Shown here: positions 38,400-48,058 of the stretch, piece by piece
Numbering within the stretch: the first letter of the stretch is position 1
Layout of the letters: each line of letters opens with the position of its first letter
Source: Vulcanimicrobiota bacterium
GTDB lineage: Bacteria > Vulcanimicrobiota > Xenobia > Xenobiales > JADMJV01
Reading direction: 5' to 3'
Assembly: GCA_050250895.1 (NCBI GenBank)
Contig: JBFWNU010000002.1
Coordinates: 727,659 to 791,658 of the forward strand
DNA: 64,000 nt
Notes under the pieces: model-generated
Databases searched by the model: none
What the model saw: only the letters and a program-made list of their open reading frames with translations
Told to the model about the DNA's origin: nothing
Program-made: the position numbers and the translations under genes

Positions 38400-39200
38400 G
38401 TGAGTGACCGAGAGCAGGTCAAGCAGGCGGCCAGGTTAGCTCGAGAACTCTTTGTCAGGTTGCGCGACGTCGAGCCATTGACCGGCGAACTAGTTCGGCA
38501 AGGCTATTCGCAAGCGACCATCGACCAGGCGCTCGAGGGCTTCAATCTGCGCTATCTCGAGCCCCTGCACACAGGACCGCTCATGCCCGCTTTGCTGATC
38601 GGTTATGAGGTGCAGGGTATCGCGGGTGCCGAGCTAGGGTCAAGCTGGCATCAACTTCTCCAGGATAGGTCGCTGCCCCCATGGCTAACCTATGTCGCTC
38701 AACAGGCCGGGGGTTACTCTATGTGCTACCCTGACGCCCTGGGAGCGGTGCTCAGGCTGGAGGCCAACCGGAGCTTCGCCCGCCACGAGCCCGACCACCT
38801 CATTCGAGGCTTTCATGCCATGGCGGAAGACCCTGATCCCGTAGTGCTGCGTGAATACCCCCATCTTGAGGCGCTTTGCCAGACCAGAGGAGATCCCCTC
38901 AGCCAGACTCAGCTCGATCACTTTCGACGAGCCTTGTCGCCCTATTTCGACTTGCCCCGGCCGATCTCGGGTTTCGAGGCCTTCGTCAGGTTGCAACCGT
39001 GCGACCTGATGCGATACTTTGACGGTTGGCACACGGTACTCGTCGACGAATACTATGCGACGCTAGGGTACCTCCCAAGCTGGCAAGACGTAGGGACCTT
39101 CGATAGTGCCAGTCTCGAAAGGCTCGACCGGCTCGGGAGACACTACCTTGGGGTTGACCATCCACCCTCGGCGTTTTTCCTCTGGGAGAACTGCGACTGA
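38400..39200 (+). CDS. Hypothetical protein (possibly DUF6210-like)
   Basis: GGAGG SD and GTG start. QQAGG...EAFV...WENCD terminal motif is reminiscent of DUF6210; recalled, not searched. Confidence 0.6.
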   Translation: MSDREQVKQAARLARELFVRLRDVEPLTGELVRQGYSQATIDQALEGFNLRYLEPLHTGPLMPALLIGYEVQGIAGAELGSSWHQLLQDRSLPPWLTYVAQQAGGYSMCYPDALGAVLRLEANRSFARHEPDHLIRGFHAMAEDPDPVVLREYPHLEALCQTRGDPLSQTQLDHFRRALSPYFDLPRPISGFEAFVRLQPCDLMRYFDGWHTVLVDEYYATLGYLPSWQDVGTFDSASLERLDRLGRHYLGVDHPPSAFFLWENCD

Positions 39201-39234
39201 GAGGAACCGGCCTGCGGCCCTCAAATTCCTCGGG

Positions 39235-40791
39235 ATGATCGAACTCGAGCCCTTTCATCAACGCGACTACCTCATCGACGGCCAGCTGTTGGAGTGGGAC
39301 GGCCCTGTCCAGGAAGTGCTCGCGGCTGTCTCCCTCGATGGGGTCAGCCAGGCCTGCATCGGCTCCTATCCCAGCCAGACGGCCAAAGAGTCGATGGCCG
39401 CTCTGGATGCAGCCGTGCGGGCCTTCGACCAGGGTAGGGGAGAGTGGCCCACCCGTTCGGTAACCGACCGCATCAAGGCGGTCGAGGAGTTCACCTATCG
39501 CTGCGTCGAGCAGCGCGACCTGGTGGTGCGCACGCTCATGTGGGAGATCGGCAAGTCGTATCCCGACTCGCTCAAAGAGTTCGACCGCACCATCGAATAC
39601 ATCAACGACACCATCGACGCCCTCAAAGAACTCGACCGCGTCTCGTCACGCTTCACTCTAGAGAAGGGCATCATGGCCCAGATTCGGCGGGCTCCGCTGG
39701 GAGTCGTGCTGTGTATGGGGCCTTACAACTATCCCCTCAACGAGACTTTCACGACGCTCATCCCGGCGCTCATCATGGGCAACACGGTGGTGTTCAAGCC
39801 TCCCAAGATGGGCGTCCTGCTGCACCGGCCGCTGCTCGAGGCCTTTCGCGATTGCTTTCCGCCCGGGGTGGTCAACACCGTCTATGGCGACGGCGCCGTC
39901 ACGGTGGGACCGCTGATGAAGTCGGGCAAAGTCGATGTGTTGGCCTTCATCGGCTCGAGCCGGGTGGCCGATCTCCTCAAAGCCCAGCATCCCAGCCCCC
40001 ATCGGCTGCGTTCGGTGCTGGGGCTGGGCGCCAAGAATCCGGGCATCGTGCTCGACGACGCCGAGCTCGACCTGACGGTGGCCGAGTGCGTCAAGGGCAG
40101 CCTGTCGTTCAACGGCCAACGCTGCACGGCCCTGAAGATCCTGTTTGTGCACCAGGCACTGGCCACCGAATTCGGCCGGCGGATGGGCGAGGCGGTAGGC
40201 AAGCTCAAAGCCGGTATGCCCTGGGAAGATTCGGTGGCCATCACTCCCTTGCCCGACGCCAGCCACCTGGATTATCTACAAGGCTTGCTCGAAGATGCCC
40301 AGTCCAAAGGCGCCAAAGTGCTCAATCCCGGTGGGGGTGAGCGCCAGGCGACGCTGATGCGGCCGGCCGTGGTGGGCGGGGTGACCTCGGCCATGCGTCT
40401 CTACCATGAAGAGCAGTTCGGCCCCCTGGTGCCCATCGTGACCTTTGACGACCTGGAAGAGGCGGTCGGTTATGTGGTCGAGTCACCTTATGGCCAGCAG
40501 GTGAGCTTGTTCGGGCGTGACCCCGAACGGCTGGCGCGCCTGATCGATCCGCTGGTCAACCAGGTCTGCCGAGTCAACCTCAACAGCCAGTGCCAGCGGG
40601 GGCCCGACACTTTCCCCTTCACTGGCCGCAAGGACTCGGCCGAGGGGACTCTGTCGGTCTCGGACGCGCTGCGGGTGTTCACCATTCGCACCCTGGTGGC
40701 CGCCAACCAGAATCAGGTCAATAAAGAGATCGTAGCCGACATCGTGCGCCATCGGAGGTCGAACTTCTTGTCCACTGATTTCATCCTGTAG
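39235..40791 (+). CDS. gapN: NADP-dependent non-phosphorylating GAPDH-like aldehyde dehydrogenase
   Basis: GPYNYPLNE, FIGSS, NGQRCTA, EEQFGP and FPFTGRKDSAEGTLSV. Confidence 0.85.
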   Translation: MIELEPFHQRDYLIDGQLLEWDGPVQEVLAAVSLDGVSQACIGSYPSQTAKESMAALDAAVRAFDQGRGEWPTRSVTDRIKAVEEFTYRCVEQRDLVVRTLMWEIGKSYPDSLKEFDRTIEYINDTIDALKELDRVSSRFTLEKGIMAQIRRAPLGVVLCMGPYNYPLNETFTTLIPALIMGNTVVFKPPKMGVLLHRPLLEAFRDCFPPGVVNTVYGDGAVTVGPLMKSGKVDVLAFIGSSRVADLLKAQHPSPHRLRSVLGLGAKNPGIVLDDAELDLTVAECVKGSLSFNGQRCTALKILFVHQALATEFGRRMGEAVGKLKAGMPWEDSVAITPLPDASHLDYLQGLLEDAQSKGAKVLNPGGGERQATLMRPAVVGGVTSAMRLYHEEQFGPLVPIVTFDDLEEAVGYVVESPYGQQVSLFGRDPERLARLIDPLVNQVCRVNLNSQCQRGPDTFPFTGRKDSAEGTLSVSDALRVFTIRTLVAANQNQVNKEIVADIVRHRRSNFLSTDFIL

Positions 40792-41660
40792 TCCGACTTT
40801 CGTTCGGAAGTGGACATCGCTCATCCGCTCCGGACCGGTCTGGCGCATTCGCAGCGGGCGAGCTGGCCCGGCGACTCACGGCGGCGTCCCGCGCGGCTCT
40901 CCATTGGGGCCGCTCGGCAAAATCTTTATCGTGCTCGGCCGAATGGCAGCCCGGGCACAACAGCTCCAGGTCTTCCAGTCGATGTCGCCTGGTTTCGGAC
41001 CAGGCCCGGACGTGGTGGCTCACCAGATTTCCGCCTGAGCACAGCATCGCTCGCAGCGGCCGAAAGCGCGAGCATAGACCGCTCGCACCAGGCCCCCCGG
41101 CAGTCCGGGCCCGACTGGGAAAAAGCGGCAACTGCTCGGCCTGACGACTTCCAGCTGGAAGTTGAGTCTGGGTGCCAGCGACCACCACGCCCGTTTGCTT
41201 CAAGGCCTCCTCGACGGGGGCTGGCAAGAGTCCCCGATCGGTGTCGTAATGGCCCTGGCTCGTTTCGGCATGGACATGCATGATGACCTGGTGTCGCACT
41301 TTGCTGCGATTGTCGGCCGTGGTGAGGGTCACTCGGGCCATCTCCTTGTTCACGCGCTTGCCATGGCGGGCATCGATCACGCCCTTCGCCTGCTCGTAGG
41401 TGGCATACTGCTCGGCGGTCATCAGCAGAGTGACCTGGATCAGCTTCGGCACCTCGGGGACTGGCGCGGGCCTGAGCACCGGGGTCGGCTTGGCGGGCTC
41501 TGCCAACTCTAGCTCGGGTTGAGCTTGACGCGCTTCGAGCGAGGCTTTCAAAGCCTCGCCGCGCTTGTGCTGGGTGGGGGTTAGAGCGACCGCGCGCTCG
41601 ACGGCTTGAGCCTTGTTCTTGAGGGCGAAATCCAGCCTCTCCCGCTCGTTCTCGGGGGGG
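40781..41660 (-). pseudogene. Degenerate HNH endonuclease (DUF222/HNH-type), 5'-truncated and frameshifted
   Basis: HHVRAWS...LELLCPGCHSAEH is in one frame. The preceding LVRAVYARAFGRCERC (CxxC) is in another frame. No credible start codon. Confidence 0.7.
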
Positions 41661-41666
41661 TGGTGA

Positions 41667-42420
41667 TCGGCAGCCCCCTCGGCCCGGTCCACTTCCAGCT
41701 GGAAGACGGCGCGGCGGAATGACAGCCTGGGCGGCCAGCCGCGCTTGGCCCCCCTCGGAGTGGGCGAGATCTCCCGGACGGAGTGTGCGCCGCACAATGG
41801 GCAGGGCGGTGTGTACGGCGCACACCGGGCTGCCCCGGCCAAGCTCGCCGAGCCCCGGCCCCGCTCGGCGAGCCTGGCCTCGGCCGGGCCCGGCGTCAAC
41901 GGCGAGTTGTGCGCCGCACAGTAAGGATTTGTGGGTGTACGGCGCAAGTGTGCGCCGCACAATGCGCAGGGCGGTGTGTACGGCGCACACCGGGCTGGCC
42001 CCGGCCAAGCTCGGCGAGCCCCGGCCAGGTCGGGAGGCCCGGCCGACCGACCCGCCGGGCACCGACCAGCCTCGGCCGGGCCATGCTTCAACGGCGAGTT
42101 GTGCGCCGTACAGTAAGGATCTGTGAGTGTACGGCGCAAGTGTGCGCCGCACAGTGGACAAGGCGGTGTGTACGGCGCACACCGGGCTGGCCCCGGCCAA
42201 GCTCGGCGAGCCCCGGCCCCGGTCGGCAGCCCCGGCCAGGTCGGGAGGCCCGGCCGACCGACCCGCCGGGCACCGACCAGCCTCGGCCGGGCCATGCTTC
42301 AACGGCGAGTTGTGCGCCGCCCAATGGGCAGGGCGGTGTGTACGGCGCACACCTGGCTGGCCGCGGCCAAGCTCGGCAGCCCCTCGGCCCGGTCTACTTC
42401 CAGCTGGAAGACGGCGCGGC
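41667..42420. repeat. Array of six stem-loops (GTGTGCGCCG(C/T)ACA-N15-TGTACGGCGCACAC) in 165-192 bp tandem units, bounded by a ~48-bp direct repeat
   Basis: Hairpins at 41783-41825, 41908-41946, 41948-41990, 42100-42138, 42140-42182 and 42311-42352. Direct repeats at 41667-41715 and 42373-42420 contain the palindrome CTTCCAGCTGGAAG. Confidence 0.9.
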
Positions 42421-42428
42421 AGACCGGG

Positions 42429-44534
42429 CTAGTAGGTGCGCGAGGAGGCGGTCATGGGCAGGCCCAGTTCGTGGGCCATGAAGGTCAGGGCCGCGGCCGT
42501 GCGACCGACCTTCTGGCTGAAGCTGGCGCCCTGGCCGTGGCCGGCGTTGGTGCGCGTCAGCAAAATGACGGGGTGGTCAGAACTGGTGGCGGCCTGCAGG
42601 GCGGCCGCGAACTTGCGCGATTGCCAGGGAGCCACCCGCGGGTCGTTCTCGCCGGTCTCGAGCATCACCGCCGGATAGGCCGTGCCCGGCTTGACGTGGT
42701 GCAGGGGCGAATAGGCGAACAGCCAGGCGAAGCCTTCGGGCTCTTTGACGGTGCCGAACTCGGTGATGTTGAAAGTGCCGTTGGGCCACAGTTCTGAACG
42801 CAGCATGTCGTAAAGGCCCACCATGCCCACCACGGCGCGATACTGGTCGGGGTGTTGGGTCAGGCTGGCGCCCACCAGCAGGCCGCCGTTGCTGCCGCCC
42901 ATGATGCCCAGGTGCGAGGTGTCGGTCCAACCGCCCGCGATGAGGGCCTGGGAGGCCGCATAGAAGTCGTCGAAGACGTTCTGCTTGTTGGCCAGCATTC
43001 CGTCTTGATGCCAGCGCTCGCCGAATTCGGCTCCGCCCCGCAGGTTGGCCACGGCATAGACGCCGCCTTGCTCGAGCCAGGCCAGGTCGGGGCCCAGAAA
43101 GCGCGGCCCAATGCAGATGCCGAAGCCGCCATAGGCGGTCAGGATGGTGGGGCGATTGCCGTCGGGGGTGGTGCTGTCGAGGCAAAGCACCGTGACTGGC
43201 ACCCGCGTCTGGTCGGCCGAAATGCCTTCTAGATGGTGCACGGCCACCTTGCTGTAATCGGCCGCCGGCTCGACCTTGAAGATCTGGTCGAGCTTGCCGC
43301 TGTTGCCGTCATAGACCGCCCAGGTGTCGGGGTTGGTCCAGCCCTGATAGCTGATCAGGGCTGACTTCGAGTCTGACGCCGAAGCGATGGCTCGCACTGA
43401 ATTCTCGGCCGGCAGGTCGAGGGTGCGCAGGAGTTTGCCCTGGCGGTCGTGGTGGTCGACGCGCCACTCGCTGCCCCAGACCCGAGTTACCAAATAGCCG
43501 TCGTGGATGGGGTGCACGGCCTGGGCCGCCCAGTCGCCCTCGGGCACGACCGTTTCCACCTGGCCATCGGGGTCGACGGCCAGCACCCGCCCGCGGGGGG
43601 TATTGCCGTGGGCCACCACCAGCAGGCGATGGCCGTCCCAGGTGCCTCCCGAGCGGATGTCCGCCTCGGGACCGAGCACCAGTTTGTAGCCCTGGGGACC
43701 ACGTAGATAAACGCGCTCTGGGCTGCCATCGCCGAACCAGACGATGACCGCGGCCGCTTTGCCGTCGTCGGAGGCGGTGAGGCGATACTCGGCCACCGAT
43801 GAGAGCCCCTGGCCGAAGACAGGCTCGTCTTCGGTGGAGGCCTCACCCAGAGTGTGGTGATAGAGCGAGGCGTCGAACATCAGGCGCGACTCGTCGACCT
43901 GTTCGGGCAGAGGCAGGCGTACGTAGACGAACCCCTTCTCGTCGGCGTCCCAGAGCACGCTCGGCGGGGTGGTGCCGCCGGCCGCATGGGGCAGCCGGTC
44001 GGGCAGTTCTTTGGCTTCGGTGGTGTCGACCACTTTGAGAGTCACCAGTTCACTGCCACCGGTGGCGGTCCCATAGGCGACGTAGCGTCCTGAGGGCGAG
44101 GGCCAGAAGTCGAGGATGGCGCTGGCATCCCCCTGATTGGTGTCGACCAGCACTTTGGGCTCGCCTTGGGGCCAGTCGGCCGCCACCAGCACCGCCTGGG
44201 GCTGGGGTGGAGTCTCGCGCATATAGAAGAGGCGTCCGCTCAGGATCTGGGGCGAGAACTGGCGGCTCGAAGTGAGGGCCAACTGGCCCACCCGGTCGCT
44301 GATGGCTTTGCCTTCGGCGAAGCTGCCGAGTTGGGACTCGGTGTAGGCGTTCTGGGCCTTGATCCAGGCTTTGACCTCGGGGCTTGCGGCGTCTTCGAGC
44401 CAGCGATAAGGGTCGCTCACCTCGGTGCCGTGATAGGTGTCGCTCTGCGACACCGTCTTGGTGGCCGGCGGCTGGGCCCAAAGTGGGGCCACCAGACCCA
44501 GAATCAGGATGAAAAGCGGGGTTCGAAAACGCAT
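42429..44534 (-). CDS. Secreted prolyl oligopeptidase (S9A)
   Basis: Signal peptide, DPYRWLED, GGSNGGLL catalytic Ser, DPRV and AGHG. Confidence 0.93.
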   Translation of the reverse strand: MRFRTPLFILILGLVAPLWAQPPATKTVSQSDTYHGTEVSDPYRWLEDAASPEVKAWIKAQNAYTESQLGSFAEGKAISDRVGQLALTSSRQFSPQILSGRLFYMRETPPQPQAVLVAADWPQGEPKVLVDTNQGDASAILDFWPSPSGRYVAYGTATGGSELVTLKVVDTTEAKELPDRLPHAAGGTTPPSVLWDADEKGFVYVRLPLPEQVDESRLMFDASLYHHTLGEASTEDEPVFGQGLSSVAEYRLTASDDGKAAAVIVWFGDGSPERVYLRGPQGYKLVLGPEADIRSGGTWDGHRLLVVAHGNTPRGRVLAVDPDGQVETVVPEGDWAAQAVHPIHDGYLVTRVWGSEWRVDHHDRQGKLLRTLDLPAENSVRAIASASDSKSALISYQGWTNPDTWAVYDGNSGKLDQIFKVEPAADYSKVAVHHLEGISADQTRVPVTVLCLDSTTPDGNRPTILTAYGGFGICIGPRFLGPDLAWLEQGGVYAVANLRGGAEFGERWHQDGMLANKQNVFDDFYAASQALIAGGWTDTSHLGIMGGSNGGLLVGASLTQHPDQYRAVVGMVGLYDMLRSELWPNGTFNITEFGTVKEPEGFAWLFAYSPLHHVKPGTAYPAVMLETGENDPRVAPWQSRKFAAALQAATSSDHPVILLTRTNAGHGQGASFSQKVGRTAAALTFMAHELGLPMTASSRTY

Positions 44535-44561
44535 GCCCGTGCGTTCTCGACCGAGCCCGAA

Positions 44562-45503
44562 TTACCCCTTCTGATCGGCCACCGCGTCGCGCGGATGGGC
44601 GTTCTCATAGACCTCGCGCATCTTGGTGCGCGAGAGGTTGGTGTAGATCTGGGTGGTAGAGAGGTTCTCGTGACCGAGTAGCTCCTTGATGGTGACCAGG
44701 TCCGAGCCGCCCTCGAGCATGTGGGTGGCAAACGAGTGGCGCAAAGTATGGGGAGAGGCCGACTTCTCGAGGCCGGCCTCCTTCATCAGCCGGGCGAACA
44801 TGATCTCGACCGCCCGGCGCGAGAGCCGGTCTCCGAAGCGATTGAGAAAGACGGCCGGACAACGGGCTTTGGGCCGGCAATCGAGATAGTCATTGACGGC
44901 CATGGCGGCGGTGCGATTGAGAAAGACATGGCGCTCTTTGTTGCCTTTGCCGATCACACGCAGGCTGCGCCGGTCGAGATCGAGGCGATGCATGTCAAGC
45001 CCCACCAGTTCAGCCAGGCGAATCCCGGTGGCGTAGAATAGCTCGAGAATGGCCCGGTCGCGCAAGGCGAACTCGCGGTTCTTGGCGCTTTCGATCCGTT
45101 CTTCGGCGGTGTCGAGCAAAAGCATGACCTCGTCTTCGGTCATCACTTTGGGCAGATGCCGGCCGTCGCGGGCCGACGAGATGCGCTGCATCGGCGAAGA
45201 GGGGAGGTGTCCTTCGGCCTCGAGAAAGCGGAAAAAACCCTTGAGGCAGGCAATCTTGCGGTTGAGGGCGTTGGCCGTGTAGTCGCGCTCGCGGCGCAGG
45301 TGGGCCAGAAACTCACGAATGGTCCGAGGGTCGATGGTCGATAGCTTGAGGTCTTCGGCTAGAAAGGGCTCGAGATAATCAAAGAAGATCTTCAGATCGT
45401 GCTCGTATTCGCGAATGGTGCGCCGGCCCAACGAGCGCTCGACGCTCAGATGGACCAGGAAGTCTTCGATGTAGTAACCGCGCGCTCGATCGAGATCATG
45501 CAT
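44562..45503 (-). CDS. XerC/XerD-family tyrosine recombinase
   Basis: N-terminal SAM-like domain, ATGIRLAEL, GKGNKER, HTLRHSFATH and LLGHENLSTTQIYT. Confidence 0.92.
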   Translation of the reverse strand: MHDLDRARGYYIEDFLVHLSVERSLGRRTIREYEHDLKIFFDYLEPFLAEDLKLSTIDPRTIREFLAHLRRERDYTANALNRKIACLKGFFRFLEAEGHLPSSPMQRISSARDGRHLPKVMTEDEVMLLLDTAEERIESAKNREFALRDRAILELFYATGIRLAELVGLDMHRLDLDRRSLRVIGKGNKERHVFLNRTAAMAVNDYLDCRPKARCPAVFLNRFGDRLSRRAVEIMFARLMKEAGLEKSASPHTLRHSFATHMLEGGSDLVTIKELLGHENLSTTQIYTNLSRTKMREVYENAHPRDAVADQKG

Positions 45504-45521
45504 GCTTGAATCTTTGTCAAT

Positions 45522-45535
45522 CGAACACAGGTTCC
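45522..45535. promoter_or_regulatory. Putative LexA (Gram-positive-type SOS/Cheo) box cGAACacagGTTCc
   Basis: GAAC-N4-GTTC at 45523-45534, 20 bp upstream of the recombinase ATG and adjacent to TTGACA on the minus strand. Confidence 0.55.
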
Positions 45536-45610
45536 TGCAGGCTCTCTGACTGGCCAGGAAGAACCACCGGCGATCACCGGCTCCGCGCCGATTTCTAGGA
45601 GGAACACAAC

Positions 45611-46063
45611 ATGGGAATTTTCGATTTCGTCAAGACGGCCGGCGACGCTTTGAGTAGCGCTATCCAGAGCATCGGTGAAGAGAGCCTCAAGCACAAGCTC
45701 GAAGGCAGCGGTCTTGAGTTGCGCGACTTGGCTTTGAAGGTCGACGGCGACAAAGTCAAGATTTACGCTGTGGTTCCCGATCACGAGACCCGTGAGAAGG
45801 CCATTTTGATGGTGGGCAACACGCCCGGGGTAGCCAGCGTCGAAGACGCCATCAAGGTCCGGCCGCCGGCCGGAGCTCCGGCGCCTGTTGCAGAGCCCAA
45901 GCAATCCAAGTTCTACACGGTGGTCTCGGGCGATACTCTCTCGGCCATCGCCCAGAAGTTCTATGGGGACGCCAACCAGTATATGAAGATCTTCGAGGCC
46001 AACCGGCCCATGCTCAGCAATCCCGATGTGATCAACCCCGGCCAGCAGCTCCGGATCCCCTAG
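45611..46063 (+). CDS. BON-LysM protein (YgaU/Kbp-like)
   Basis: MGIFDFVK start, REKAILMVGNTPGV (BON) and YTVVSGDTLSAIA...IFEAN...INPGQQLRIP (LysM). AGGAGG SD. Confidence 0.9.
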   Translation: MGIFDFVKTAGDALSSAIQSIGEESLKHKLEGSGLELRDLALKVDGDKVKIYAVVPDHETREKAILMVGNTPGVASVEDAIKVRPPAGAPAPVAEPKQSKFYTVVSGDTLSAIAQKFYGDANQYMKIFEANRPMLSNPDVINPGQQLRIP

Positions 46064-46109
46064 AAATAGGAGGAATCCTCTCCGTCAGGGGGCAAATCCG
46101 GGGTGGAAT

Positions 46110-47186
46110 ATGTTGGATGAACTGAAACTACAAGAGATCGTCAATCGCTATGACGAGTTGACCGAGAGGTTCTGCGACCCCGAACTGCTCACCGACCCGG
46201 ATGCCTACAAAGAGGTGGCCCAGGAGCGGGCCAGTCTCGAAGAGTTGGCCGGCAAGGCGCGCGAGTTTCTCACCGTCATCAGCGAGATCGCCACCAATCG
46301 GGCCGAACTCGAGTCCGAAAAAGACGCCTCGATGGTGGCTCTCTATCGTGACGACCTCAAGTCGTTGGAGCGGCGCCACGAAGCGCTCAGTGAAGAGATC
46401 CGGGTGCTGATGCTACCGAAGGACCCCTTTGCCAACAAGAACATCATCATGGAGATCCGGCCCGCCGCGGGGGGCGACGAGGCCGGCATCTTCGCTGGCG
46501 ATCTGTTTCGGATGTACAATCGCTACGCGGACCGCAAGGGGTGGAAGCTCGAGGTGATGGATGCCCACCCCACCGAACTCAGCGGCTTCAAAGAGGTGGT
46601 TTTCGAGATCCGCGGACGCGAGGTATTCAGTCATCTCAAATACGAAAGTGGCGTCCATCGCGTGCAGCGAGTTCCCGAGACCGAGTCGTCGGGGCGCATC
46701 CACACCTCGACGGTGACCGTGGCCGTGCTGCCCGAGGCCGAAGAGGTGGACGAGATCTCGGTCAACGACAAAGATCTCAAGATCGACACCTATCGCGCCT
46801 CGGGTGCCGGCGGTCAGCACGTCAATAAGACCGACTCGGCCGTCCGGATCACCCACCTTCCCACCGGGCTGGTAGTGGCCTGTCAGGACGAGCGCTCGCA
46901 GCACCAGAACAAAGACAAGGCCATGCGGATTCTCAAGGCCAAGCTGCTCGACCAGGAGCGGCGTCGCCAAGAAGCAGAGTTGGCCGCCAACCGCAAGTCG
47001 CAGGTCGGCACCGGTGACCGTTCCGAGAAGATCCGGACTTACAACTATCCTCAGAGTCGGGTCACCGATCACCGGATCGGCATGTCGGTGAAGAATCTGA
47101 CCTCGGTGATGGACGGCGATCTCGATCCCTTCATCGAGGCTCTTCAGACCGACGAGCAGCAGGCGCTGCTCGAGGGCGTGCAGTGA
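46110..47186 (+). CDS. prfA: Peptide chain release factor 1
   Basis: GGDEAG, ESGVHRVQRVPETE (PxT), GAGGQHVNKTDS and RSEKIRTYNY. Confidence 0.97.
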   Translation: MLDELKLQEIVNRYDELTERFCDPELLTDPDAYKEVAQERASLEELAGKAREFLTVISEIATNRAELESEKDASMVALYRDDLKSLERRHEALSEEIRVLMLPKDPFANKNIIMEIRPAAGGDEAGIFAGDLFRMYNRYADRKGWKLEVMDAHPTELSGFKEVVFEIRGREVFSHLKYESGVHRVQRVPETESSGRIHTSTVTVAVLPEAEEVDEISVNDKDLKIDTYRASGAGGQHVNKTDSAVRITHLPTGLVVACQDERSQHQNKDKAMRILKAKLLDQERRRQEAELAANRKSQVGTGDRSEKIRTYNYPQSRVTDHRIGMSVKNLTSVMDGDLDPFIEALQTDEQQALLEGVQ

Positions 47187-48058
47187 GAACCCCCACCGCC
47201 ACCACGGTAGGAGGGGCCCTCGATGAGGGGGCGCGGCGGTTGCTTTCGACCCGCCCCCGTTCCCCGCGACTCGACGCCGAAATGCTGCTCGGGCATGTGC
47301 TGGGCCTGACTCGCACCGAACTCTACGCCCGCGCCGATCAGGCCGTCCCGGCCAGTAAGCTGCAAGACTATCGGCGTTTGCTCGACGCCCGCGAGACCGG
47401 CGTCCCGGTGGCTTATCTGGTGGGTTGGAAAGAATTCTACTCTCGCCGTTTTTGGGTCTCGCCCAAGGTGTTGATTCCACGTCCCGAGACCGAGGTGCTG
47501 GTGGAAGAAGCGATGAAGGTGCTGTCGCGGCAGGGCCTGACTCGCCCCAGAATCCTCGACGTGGGCACAGGCAGCGGCGTGCTGGCCATCACCCTGGCTC
47601 TCGAGCTGCCCCTGGCCGAGGTGGTGGCCGTGGATATCGAGTCGGCCGCCATCGAGCAGGCTCTCGAGAATGCTCGCCTGCATGAGGTCGCCGACCGGAT
47701 TTTGTTTGAAACCTGTGACCTTTTCGAGGCGGTCGAAGGTCGTTTTGATCTGATCGTTTCCAATCCCCCGTACGTGGGTATCGACCAGGGACCCCGGCCC
47801 GAGGTGGCCGTGGTCAAGAACGAGCCCCACCAGGCTCTCTTTGCCGGCAGCCAGGGCCTTGACGTGATCGAGCGTCTGGTGGCCGGAGCCCCCCGTCACC
47901 TCAATGGCGGAGGCGAGATCTTACTAGAATGCGCCCCCTTTCAGGTGGAGCGGGTCGAGGCCAAATTGGTCGACGCCGGCTTTCATCAGACCAGGATTAT
48001 TCCCGACCTGTCGGGACTGCCGCGGGCCGTGGCCGGGCGTTGGGAGGAAAAGAGTTGA
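47183..48058 (+). CDS. prmC: Release factor glutamine methyltransferase
   Basis: VLIPRPETE, LDVGTGSG and VSNPPY. Directly follows prfA. Confidence 0.95.
   Translation: MRTPTATTVGGALDEGARRLLSTRPRSPRLDAEMLLGHVLGLTRTELYARADQAVPASKLQDYRRLLDARETGVPVAYLVGWKEFYSRRFWVSPKVLIPRPETEVLVEEAMKVLSRQGLTRPRILDVGTGSGVLAITLALELPLAEVVAVDIESAAIEQALENARLHEVADRILFETCDLFEAVEGRFDLIVSNPPYVGIDQGPRPEVAVVKNEPHQALFAGSQGLDVIERLVAGAPRHLNGGGEILLECAPFQVERVEAKLVDAGFHQTRIIPDLSGLPRAVAGRWEEKS

Noticed and set aside
41783-42352. CRISPR or guide-RNA array
   Set aside because: The 15-nt loops and the linkers are themselves repeated (two classes) rather than unique spacers, the period is irregular, and no cas genes are present.
40926-42797. 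Long ORFs across the hairpin array on both strands
   Set aside because: They are repetitive R/P/G/A/C translations of GC-rich palindromic DNA. Only the HNH-like segment below ~41660 looks protein-like.
41890-45503. Integron (attC sites plus integrase)
   Set aside because: The CAAC-N5-GTTG stems are far too short for attC, there are no cassette ORFs, and the recombinase looks Xer-like with no IntI-specific insertion.
44562-45503. Prophage or ICE integrase marking a mobile element
   Set aside because: It is flanked by ordinary genes, with no phage or conjugation genes, tRNA or att pair visible.
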